Assembly: GCA_007129405.1 (NCBI GenBank)
Contig: SKVN01000072.1
Location: forward strand, 1-42,760
From: Kiritimatiellia bacterium
Lineage (GTDB): Bacteria; Verrucomicrobiota; Kiritimatiellia; UBA8416
Length of the DNA: 42,760 nt
Direction of reading: 5' to 3'
Shown in pieces: positions 28,841 to 37,397 of the stretch. The notes below the pieces were generated by a model. That model was not told the DNA's origin. It worked only from the letters and a program-made list of their open reading frames with translations, and searched no databases. A program made the translations under genes and the position numbers. How positions within the stretch are numbered: position 1 is the first letter of the stretch; every line of letters begins with the position of its first letter.

Positions 28841-31237
28841 CTACTGTGGAAGCGTGAAGCGTTGTTTGGCGGAGCGTGCCTGCGGTCGATAATCGTTTCC
28901 ACCTCCTGGATCATATACCCTTACCCGAACATATTCTGCTTCGGGGGGTGGGGGGGCAATAATCTTACGCACTTTCAGGATGCCTTTTTCTCTCCAGGCA
29001 GATAGATACTTTTCGTCGTGATACACTACGTTGCGTCGATACAGATTCAAGTCAAAATCATCTTGTCCCAGTAAGCTTTTCCCGTCGCTTGCCATATAGT
29101 GGACGGCCATGGCAAAGTTTCCTGGAAAATAATGCACATAGAGATCCGTGGCAAGCGTAAGCTCCTTCGATTGCGGCTCATAGGTCAAATGTGTATTCTG
29201 CATATATCCGATTGCAAAGGGGATGTCGGTCTTTTCGATCTTGTGATTCCGGTATTTTGCGGTGCTCAGATAGGCAAGCAGCAAAAGGCAGATCAGGAAA
29301 ACCAAGCGCATGGCGATCAAACATCTTTTTCCTACGGGGTTTTTATTAAAAAGTATGATCACAAAATAGCCGACCGCAAAAAGTGCTAAAGCAATCATGA
29401 TGGGAACCTGCAGACCGCTCGTTTGGTAATAGGGGACAAAAGGCGGAAACCGAATTTTCAGGATGTCGGGCCACATCGTATTTGTAACAAATCTGGCTGG
29501 ATGTACCCTCAAGTACCACATGCCCGGTTTCAGTATGGCTTCTATTCCCATAGCAATAGACATTGTCCATAATATGATGGATATGCGATTGCGCATTTGT
29601 ACTGTAAATAGGGCCGCGGTAAGTGTGACGACGGGAACAAGCGGTAACATGAAACGATTTGGTGGTGCAAATCCACCCCACCAGCACCACCACGTTCCGG
29701 TGATGATGGTCGTGGCGGCCACAACGGTACAAATCGATGAAAGCAACATGGTCCTAAAAACGAGGTTTGGATGATAGGATTTGAGTGCTCTATTGATACT
29801 GATTATGCCAGCCGGTAAAAGGAGTGTGACGGGAGCGAGCATTACAAGACCATATTCCCAGTCCAGCCAGATGCCGGGAATTCCTTGGCGCAAGGCATCA
29901 TCAAGGGGTAGAAACGACCCTAAGCTATCTGATGCAGGCAGGATTCTTCCGTAAAGTAGCATGTTAAATTTGATCATACTGAAAGCCGAAAGGGCAAAGG
30001 GCAGCGCAGGTAGAATGTAGGCCTTCCAGTTAGGCCAGAGCATAATGATACGCATGATCACAAATGGGAGACACCATAGCCCGTACTTATCCTGCAACCA
30101 GGGGGAGAGGGAAAACCATAATGAGATTTCGAGGTTCCGATACCATTTCAAATTGTTTTCGAATGCAAGGCGCAGTAGTCTGGCTACGATGAAAAACATG
30201 ATGGTTTCGGAATAAACGGCCACAGACATTACGGAAACGGGGAGCAACATCGTGCCCCCCATGCCGAATAACATAGCCATTGCCGTATTTGATGTGAGGT
30301 ATTGCACGATAATCGCGATTTCGCGGGCGGCACATGCAACAAGGATGATGAGAAACATTGCGATCCAGGCTCTGTGATAGTCTCCCATCAAGTGTCCGAT
30401 GGCATAAAAAGGTGCAATCAGAATAGATGTTCCCGGTCGATGGGTAGAGTACATTGCATCACCAAACGCTTTTGCCCGCGCCTCGTACTCGGCTGAACCG
30501 GCGCGTAAATGCGGGTTGTGGCGTGTTGGGCCACCCGCATGTTTGCCGTCCTCTCTTCTGTAAACCGAAACCGGTAAGATGTTGGTTGCAACGTTGAGAC
30601 TTTGATTCCGTACCAGGCTGTCGGCCATATAGAAATAGGCTGGTTGATCTCCCGTCAAAAGATAGTCGCGGCTATTTTCGTTTATAGGTAAGGCCACCTT
30701 GAAGAGGGCGATACTGTGGAAGAGTATCGAAAAAACGAAAACCCACAGAAAAGGATGGGGCATTCGTTGCGCAAGACCAGCAATGATTTGCGCCGTCGAT
30801 TTGAACGCATGCTGATAGACGGGAAGTATTACCCGAAAGATGAGGTGGTATAATGTCCAGATCGTGCTAAGGGGCAGGAGAAGAGGCGCGAAGGCTGTAA
30901 AGGGAGGTACGGCAAATGCAGCCAGCCAGCCAGCAATACCTGCGTAAAGCACAACACGGAAACATTTTCGAAAGGCAAAGATCGCATCCTTATGGGAAAG
31001 TTTATAGCGCAACAAAATCCATGTGAGAATTTGGAAAAGAAGGAAAACAAGCGCTTTTTGTGCGGCATACCTATATTCGCTCGTTACGATGTTTGCAAGG
31101 GCACTATGCGGATCTTGTTTCTGCGCGCCAATCCACCAGATACGCTGCAAGAGAAAGATCGGGAAACTAGAGATGGTATAAACACAAATCCATAAACAGA
31201 GACTTAGAATCCCCATTATACTGGCCTTTATTTTCAT
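28841..31237 (-). CDS. Large polytopic membrane protein, GT-C-like
   Basis: TGDQPAYFYMADSL loop motif, YSTHRPGTSILIAP, YSE, PWLQDKY, WWCWWGGFAPPNRF. GAGG SD before ATG 31237. Confidence 0.65.
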   Translation of the reverse strand: MKIKASIMGILSLCLWICVYTISSFPIFLLQRIWWIGAQKQDPHSALANIVTSEYRYAAQKALVFLLFQILTWILLRYKLSHKDAIFAFRKCFRVVLYAGIAGWLAAFAVPPFTAFAPLLLPLSTIWTLYHLIFRVILPVYQHAFKSTAQIIAGLAQRMPHPFLWVFVFSILFHSIALFKVALPINENSRDYLLTGDQPAYFYMADSLVRNQSLNVATNILPVSVYRREDGKHAGGPTRHNPHLRAGSAEYEARAKAFGDAMYSTHRPGTSILIAPFYAIGHLMGDYHRAWIAMFLIILVACAAREIAIIVQYLTSNTAMAMLFGMGGTMLLPVSVMSVAVYSETIMFFIVARLLRLAFENNLKWYRNLEISLWFSLSPWLQDKYGLWCLPFVIMRIIMLWPNWKAYILPALPFALSAFSMIKFNMLLYGRILPASDSLGSFLPLDDALRQGIPGIWLDWEYGLVMLAPVTLLLPAGIISINRALKSYHPNLVFRTMLLSSICTVVAATTIITGTWWCWWGGFAPPNRFMLPLVPVVTLTAALFTVQMRNRISIILWTMSIAMGIEAILKPGMWYLRVHPARFVTNTMWPDILKIRFPPFVPYYQTSGLQVPIMIALALFAVGYFVIILFNKNPVGKRCLIAMRLVFLICLLLLAYLSTAKYRNHKIEKTDIPFAIGYMQNTHLTYEPQSKELTLATDLYVHYFPGNFAMAVHYMASDGKSLLGQDDFDLNLYRRNVVYHDEKYLSAWREKGILKVRKIIAPPPPEAEYVRVRVYDPGGGNDYRPQARSAKQRFTLPQ

Positions 31238-31296
31238 ATTATTCCTCAATGTCCGGTTATCTCTTATCGTCATATGCCGTTGCATGCGACCGAGAA

Positions 31297-31932
31297 TTAA
31301 CGGATTGATATTCGCATCATAAATGATATGGCGATAAGTCGCATACCTTCTGGTGTCGGGTGCAACCCATCGACGCTTATCAAATCTCGGTTATTTCCAA
31401 AGTCACGTTCAATATCAGCGAGGCGGATACCGTTTTCACGTGCTATTTTTCGGATACGTTGGTTGAGCAGCTTGGTTTCATTATTATGCGCGTCGTCACG
31501 ATAGGCAGGTAGCAGTGTGCCAATGACGGGAATCATTTGTAATTCACGGGCACGATTGGCGATCGCGAGAAGATGGTTGGGCGTGTTCTGCGTTTGTCGA
31601 TAGGATACATCATTGGCACCAAACAGGATCAGCACATACCCAGGTTTGGAACGACGTACGTGACTCTCAAACATGTTGAGACCTTCCCAACTTAATGCAC
31701 CGGATCTTCCGCCGTTTATAACATGGAGTCCAGTCATCTGCTCTAATTGGTACGGATAGGATTGATTCGCTAGTACACCGTATCCTGCGGTGATACTATC
31801 ACCTACTGCAAGGACCAGATTGGGATCGTTATCGCCAAAATCGTGGCTTTTCTCCTTGCTTTCGCAACCAGAAAACAAAAAAACAAATGTCCAAATGGCA
31901 ACAAAAAGCAGCGATCGTCTTAGCACGGTCAT
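31297..31932 (-). CDS. SGNH/GDSL hydrolase lipoprotein
   Basis: Lipobox FLFSG-C; blocks GDSITAG, NGGRSG, GAND, DGLHP. Confidence 0.9.
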   Translation of the reverse strand: MTVLRRSLLFVAIWTFVFLFSGCESKEKSHDFGDNDPNLVLAVGDSITAGYGVLANQSYPYQLEQMTGLHVINGGRSGALSWEGLNMFESHVRRSKPGYVLILFGANDVSYRQTQNTPNHLLAIANRARELQMIPVIGTLLPAYRDDAHNNETKLLNQRIRKIARENGIRLADIERDFGNNRDLISVDGLHPTPEGMRLIAISFMMRISIR

Positions 31933-31970
31933 GTTACATACTCTTTCTCGATGTTGTTTTTGTTATACAT

Positions 31971-32708
31971 TTATCTCCTCCGAATGGGGCATGCGGGGGT
32001 ACCAGCACAGAAGGTGTGAGCTGGTAGATCTTGCAGTACTACGGAGCCAGCACCAACCACGCAATGCGACCCGATTGTTACACCATCCGTGATCGTGGTG
32101 TGGGCTGCCAGCCAACAATTGGAACCAATGCGGGTTGGCCCCTTGGACAACATCCCGGATTGTTGCGCAAATGGTGCGGCATCCTTGGATGTGTTATAGC
32201 TTCCCCCGTTTAGCAAATAACAGAAGGCTGCGATCATGGTGCCTTCACCGATTTCCAAATCACCAGATGAGAAGATTTGGCAGTTGGATGAGATGTTGAC
32301 GTTATCGCCGATGCGGATATTGCCGTTTTTCGTGTAGAGAATGGTGTTTCTACCAATGTAGACGTTATCACCGATATAAATACCTTTGTTGGTATCTCCC
32401 TTGGCGTCAAGCACAACGCCATCATCAATGATGACATTAGAGCCTATCTGAATTTTGTGGGGGTGACGCACCGTAAGGTTACGACCAAAAATGGTTTTGG
32501 AACCGGTTTGGGCAAATAACCCGGGATAGAAAATATTTCGTAAAGCCAAACCCGCTGCACCAGATATGGAACCAAAAAGAAAAGTTGTCGATTCCGTTCT
32601 TAATGCGCGTCCCAATGAAACATTTCCGAAACAAAGTTTTCGGTAGGTGTACCACGCTGATTTGCCGCGAGCTTCTTTTATTTTGTATTCAGTGTTATCT
32701 TCAGACAT
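31971..32708 (-). CDS. Hexapeptide-repeat (LbH) acyltransferase
   Basis: IQIGSNVII, IYIGDNVYIG, IRIGDNVNI, IGSNCWL, GAGSVV, GTPA. Confidence 0.92.
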   Translation of the reverse strand: MSEDNTEYKIKEARGKSAWYTYRKLCFGNVSLGRALRTESTTFLFGSISGAAGLALRNIFYPGLFAQTGSKTIFGRNLTVRHPHKIQIGSNVIIDDGVVLDAKGDTNKGIYIGDNVYIGRNTILYTKNGNIRIGDNVNISSNCQIFSSGDLEIGEGTMIAAFCYLLNGGSYNTSKDAAPFAQQSGMLSKGPTRIGSNCWLAAHTTITDGVTIGSHCVVGAGSVVLQDLPAHTFCAGTPACPIRRR

Positions 32709-32846
32709 ATCTATTTGCCCAAGGTGTTTGTATGCATTGCTTTATGGGTATCATCCTTTATGCTATCTATATGTCAAGCATCGTTGTGATGGCAGAAAAT
32801 AACATATTTTAAAAGCGTCTGTGTTAGAAAATATACAAAATAATGC

Positions 32847-32874
32847 TTGCGAGCAAAAAAAAAAGGGTTACTAT
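32847..32874 (+). promoter_or_regulatory. Putative sigma70 promoter for the kinase gene, with an A10 tract in the spacer
   Basis: TTGCGA (32847-32852), 16 bp spacer, TACTAT (32869-32874), in an AT-rich divergent region. Confidence 0.45.
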
Positions 32875-32969
32875 CGGATTGTGAAAGGGGGTAGCGCACT
32901 AGCGATCTTGATCGGATCGGTGCATCAGTTGATTTATATATTGATCCCATAGCAGAACAGGGGGGCGCA

Positions 32970-34604
32970 ATGAGACCATCGTTCCATTCAGAGCACGATG
33001 AAGATAGTGCTACCAGTGGACAGTTGAAGTTGTTTCGACAGTTGCTGGAGCATTTCCCTGAAACAATATATTGCGCACACGTTTCCCCGCAACGAGAAGT
33101 TGTTTTTATTTCTGGTGGCGTAGAGGCACTAACTGGATATCCGCCAGATCACTTTATCGGTTCCTCGGCCGCACCGCTACAAGATTTCATACATCCAGAT
33201 GATCGTGAGCGCGTGAGACAGATTGTCGGAGAAGCTGTTGATAAAAATGCGTCCTTCAAATGCGAGTATCGGATCATTACAGCGGATAACGTTGTAAAGT
33301 GGGTATGGGAACATGGTGCTGCCCTTCAAGCTACAGAACAAACGGGATGTATGCTGCTGGAAGGGTTAATGATTGATGTTACTTCCATCAAGCAGAGACA
33401 GCAGACCGCAAGAGAGTATCAGCATTTACATAATCGTTTGGATGCGCTGCAGAAGGAGGATAGTCTGCATCGCGTAATGGGGTCTGTTGCGCATTTGTTT
33501 AACAATAAGCTTCATGCGGCTTTAGGTTTTTTGGAGATGGCTGAGCTCGAGCAACGGAACTTACATCGATTTGACGTGATCCGTTCGTTACAGCCTATTC
33601 AAGCTAGTCTCATGGAGGCAGCGCGCATTAGTTCGCGTATGCTTGCTTGTGCGGGCGAGATACACAATGCAAAAGAGATTGTCGACTTGGCGTCGTTTTG
33701 TAACGCGTTACATGATGAGTTGAAGCGATCTGAGCCTCCACAAATTGATTTTTCCTGGAAGTGTAATGTGTCGGCCGCTGCCGTTATTGGAGATCCGAAT
33801 GGTTTGCGGGAAATGATCAAAGCCATGGTTTTCAATGCATTTGAGTCTTCTGGGGTGAAAAATGTAATGTTACATTTAGACTACGCTCAAAATCTCGTGT
33901 GTTCAAAAGATGTAATATGTTTACCAGAGGACTGGAAAAGTCAGCATCAGACCAGTGTGTGCATATCTGTGCGAGATGATGGAGAGGGCATGTCGCCGAC
34001 GATGATGCATCAGATATTCGATCCCTTCTTTAGTACGAAATTTGTTGGACGTGGAATTGGATTAACGGTCGCGCTAGAGCAAGCCCGATCCCATGATGGT
34101 TGTATGTGCGTGCACAGTACAGAGGACGTTGAAACATGTTTTTCGGTATGTTTGCCCGTATTGCCATCTTCTGATGCTTTGGAGGATGCGGTTCAGGATG
34201 TAGATGTAGAAAGTCGTGTGAAGACGAAGCCGTGTGCAAGTATATTGGTTGTAGATGACGAGCAGCCGCTGCGTCAAATGGCAGCTATACAGGTTCGCAG
34301 TTTGGGATATATACCTTTGCTAGCATCCAATATGTCTGAAGCTTTAGAGCTTCTCAAGCGACATGCAGGGGAAATAGTCGCTGTGATTAGTGATATTCGA
34401 ATGCCCGGCAAAAGCGGGTGGGAATTGCTCATGCGGATACGTCAAAACCATGCCGATTTGCCGGTCATCCTGATGAGTGCATATGAAAAACCGACAGCTT
34501 CGCCATCTCCAGAGCATCCGCTACCAAACGGTTTTTTACGCAAACCCTACCTTACTGCTGAACTTCGCGCTCTTCTCTCGCAATTTGTTGGTGAGTCTGT
34601 ATAA
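32970..34604 (+). CDS. Cytoplasmic hybrid sensor kinase (PAS-HisKA-HATPase-REC)
   Basis: PAS IHPDDRERV/EYRI/KWVWE; H-box AHLFNN; NAFES; DDGEGM; DPFFSTK; GRGIGL; REC VVDDE, SDIRMP, KP. Confidence 0.92.
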   Translation: MRPSFHSEHDEDSATSGQLKLFRQLLEHFPETIYCAHVSPQREVVFISGGVEALTGYPPDHFIGSSAAPLQDFIHPDDRERVRQIVGEAVDKNASFKCEYRIITADNVVKWVWEHGAALQATEQTGCMLLEGLMIDVTSIKQRQQTAREYQHLHNRLDALQKEDSLHRVMGSVAHLFNNKLHAALGFLEMAELEQRNLHRFDVIRSLQPIQASLMEAARISSRMLACAGEIHNAKEIVDLASFCNALHDELKRSEPPQIDFSWKCNVSAAAVIGDPNGLREMIKAMVFNAFESSGVKNVMLHLDYAQNLVCSKDVICLPEDWKSQHQTSVCISVRDDGEGMSPTMMHQIFDPFFSTKFVGRGIGLTVALEQARSHDGCMCVHSTEDVETCFSVCLPVLPSSDALEDAVQDVDVESRVKTKPCASILVVDDEQPLRQMAAIQVRSLGYIPLLASNMSEALELLKRHAGEIVAVISDIRMPGKSGWELLMRIRQNHADLPVILMSAYEKPTASPSPEHPLPNGFLRKPYLTAELRALLSQFVGESV

Positions 34605-34682
34605 AGAGATTGTAGCGTCCTTTTTTGCTACTGTAGTGAAGGTTCGCGCTATGGTATTTTCTGTACCTGACGGTCTAAACGT

Positions 34683-34731
34683 TGTAGGAGTGTGCGAGAA
34701 CCAACGTAAATCTCTAGCACCGTCCCCTACA
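34683..34731. repeat. Degenerate GTAG-type REP-like hairpin
   Basis: TGTAGGAG-T-GTGCGAGA...TCTAGCAC-CGT-CCCCTACA imperfect inverted repeat. Confidence 0.35.
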
Positions 34732-34738
34732 GGTTTTT

Positions 34739-37372
34739 ATGAAGTATAGAAAAAGCATTATACCCTGGTTACAGAAACTCTTTTTTCTTTTTGCTTTTGT
34801 TGCGATATGGAAGACAAATGCAGAGTTAGCCGATATGTCCACCGGTGGTCCCTATGATCCGGAGGAGGAATATCGGTTATCCATAACGGGCATTATTGGA
34901 ACCGTTGCTGATGATCATATATTGGTCACGCGTGTAAAACGAGGCTCTCCCGTAGATAACGTCGTGCAGTCTGGTGATCGAATTATCCGCATACAGGGCG
35001 TTAGCTTATCCCGCGATTTGTCAGCAAGTATCCGCCGGCATATGTTGCGCCTTTGGCGAGAAAACAATGGGCGTCTTGCTCTGACGCTTGTACGGCCCGG
35101 GGAAGATAAGCAGGAAGATCTTGTGTTTGGGGTACAGTTGCATTTGCCGGCACCTTCCGGGACGATTCAGCACTTTGGTCCGATGGGAATCTTTGCGGCA
35201 TTACAGGAAGATCACATCGAGATTACGGAAGTGGTCAAGGGGTCTCCTGCTGACGGGGTATTACGAGCTGGAGACCGTATACATAAAATCGGTGGCAGAC
35301 CTTTGCGAGGGGACTTTTACAAGCTCTTTACCGAAAGCATAGACCAGGCAGAGACGGAAGCAGCAAACGGGGAGCTGTCGCTTGGGGTATTTCGCACACG
35401 AGAGGGCGATGCGGACGAGCAGTCAATCGATCTGACGCTCGTGTTGCCTGTTACCGGAACGCGCACCGAATCGAGTCCGTTTGCATGCCCGAAAACCGAC
35501 GCTTTGATTGATCGAGCAGCGGAATATCTCCTTGCCAGTGGTGATATGGGCCGCTTGAACATAGGCTTGTTAGGGCTGCTTTCAACAGGCGAGGAGCGCT
35601 TCATTGCATATGTCGGAAAACGTTTGCGCGAAGCGGATTTTACCCGGCCGGATCTGGATATTTCCATGTCGGCGTCCATGACGAGTTGGCCATGGTCCTA
35701 TCAGTTGATTACGCTTTGCGAATATTATCTGCTAACGGGGGATACCTATGTGTTGCCAGCCATTCGGACGGCTGCATTGACCTTTGCGCGTGGTCAGGAT
35801 ATTGCGGGCTTGTGGAATCATCGCATGGCGGATCCGGAGGCCAATCGTGGCCAGCTTCACGGCAGGCTTTATGGGTATGGCGCGATCAACCAGACTTCGG
35901 CACCGATCTGGATCGGGCTGATACTGGCGGAGAAATGCGGTATCGATGAGCCTGAGATCCGCCGTGCGATTGAGAAAACCCGCGCGTTATATGCAAACTG
36001 GGCAGGCAAGGGAGGATTGCCGTATGGCAATCACGCCGCCATGGAACACATTCTTACGAATAATGGAACAAGTGGGAGCGTGGCCGTGGGGTTCGCCTTG
36101 CTAGGGGACAAGGAGGCCGCAGCGTTTTATGGGAAGCTTTCCGCGGCATCGCATGGCGATATCTTTACAGGGCACACGGGGCCCTTCTTCAACTATTTAT
36201 GGTCTGGTCTTGGTGCAAATGTGTTAGGACCGGAAGTGTGGGCGGCCTACGAGAATCAGATTCGCTGGTTGCGGACGTTGACGCGCGTCTGGGATGGCAG
36301 TTTTCAATACATGGAGCAGCGTGGTGACATTTTTTCCTATAGCGAATTAAGTTCAACAGGGGCAAACCTCCTGAATATGGCGGCGGGTCGTCGGGCTTTA
36401 CATATTACGGGAAAAGGGATGGATGAAAACCTGTGGCTCCGAGGGGATGCGGTTCAATCTGCGATTTATCGACCAGAGCCAAATGAAGAAATGGCTTTGT
36501 CCGCGCTGTTAGAGCTTGTAGGTCATGTCTTGCCGCCTGTGCGGCTCGAGGTAGCCCGATCCCTCGCAGGGCATGCGGCAGATGTTGAAGAGGGTATTAG
36601 GGATATGCTTTATGAGGGCACGAGGGAACAGCGGATTGGTGCCTTACATACGTTGCGACATATCGAGATAGCGCATGTGGCAGATTCTTTGATGTCTATT
36701 ATTATGGATGATTCGGAAGATCTTTGGATTCGCGAACTCGCCATAGGTACCGTGGCACAGATAGATTCTGCTGATTCACTTGCGGGTGCGCTACTGCGTC
36801 TGATCGTATTGGATAAGCCCTACGATCGTTTTGGTAATTTGGATTTGGCATTAGGGCGTGCGCTAGTCAACATGCTCTCTCCTGATCCGTATGCGCACGA
36901 TTTGGATTGGGATGTATTCTATGCTGCCGTTTTGAAACTATTAGATCATCCACATATGTGGGCGCGGGGTGCAGGAATGAGATTGTTGGAGAACATTCCG
37001 TTAGATGAATTCTATCGGGTCGCAGACCGCGTTTTGCATGTGATTCGGGACGAAGATCTTTCGTACACCGCGTATCATGCAGATGGGCCTCGCCAAGCGG
37101 GGCTTGCTTTGCTGAATCGCTTGCAGATCGAAGAGGTTCTTGCATTGGCGATTCGAACGATTGATGCACCCACGGGGCAGCAAGGTGTTCGCAGGCGCAA
37201 CCGGATAAGCCTGATCCGTTCCTTTGGACGTGAAGCAGAGCTCGTAATTCCTTTGTTGGAGGAAGTGCTAGGCGATGCTGCGGTGCCGCTCGCCGAGTCT
37301 ATCCGGGGATCAGAAATGCGGCGTGAAATGATTCCTCTGGCGGAAGTGACGCAAGGAGGCGACGCGCCATGA
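34739..37372 (+). CDS. Exported protein with two PDZ domains, a DUF6288-like helical domain and HEAT-like repeats
   Basis: Signal-like N-terminus. PDZ motifs VTRVKRGSPVDNVVQSGDRI and ITEVVKGSPADGVLRAGDRI. LCEYYLLTGD, GRLYGYGAINQ, GHTGPFFNYLW. HEAT-like VRLEVARSL and IRELAIGTV. Confidence 0.75.
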   Translation: MKYRKSIIPWLQKLFFLFAFVAIWKTNAELADMSTGGPYDPEEEYRLSITGIIGTVADDHILVTRVKRGSPVDNVVQSGDRIIRIQGVSLSRDLSASIRRHMLRLWRENNGRLALTLVRPGEDKQEDLVFGVQLHLPAPSGTIQHFGPMGIFAALQEDHIEITEVVKGSPADGVLRAGDRIHKIGGRPLRGDFYKLFTESIDQAETEAANGELSLGVFRTREGDADEQSIDLTLVLPVTGTRTESSPFACPKTDALIDRAAEYLLASGDMGRLNIGLLGLLSTGEERFIAYVGKRLREADFTRPDLDISMSASMTSWPWSYQLITLCEYYLLTGDTYVLPAIRTAALTFARGQDIAGLWNHRMADPEANRGQLHGRLYGYGAINQTSAPIWIGLILAEKCGIDEPEIRRAIEKTRALYANWAGKGGLPYGNHAAMEHILTNNGTSGSVAVGFALLGDKEAAAFYGKLSAASHGDIFTGHTGPFFNYLWSGLGANVLGPEVWAAYENQIRWLRTLTRVWDGSFQYMEQRGDIFSYSELSSTGANLLNMAAGRRALHITGKGMDENLWLRGDAVQSAIYRPEPNEEMALSALLELVGHVLPPVRLEVARSLAGHAADVEEGIRDMLYEGTREQRIGALHTLRHIEIAHVADSLMSIIMDDSEDLWIRELAIGTVAQIDSADSLAGALLRLIVLDKPYDRFGNLDLALGRALVNMLSPDPYAHDLDWDVFYAAVLKLLDHPHMWARGAGMRLLENIPLDEFYRVADRVLHVIRDEDLSYTAYHADGPRQAGLALLNRLQIEEVLALAIRTIDAPTGQQGVRRRNRISLIRSFGREAELVIPLLEEVLGDAAVPLAESIRGSEMRREMIPLAEVTQGGDAP

Positions 37373-37397
37373 TCGTATCCATGCATGAGGGGCGAGC

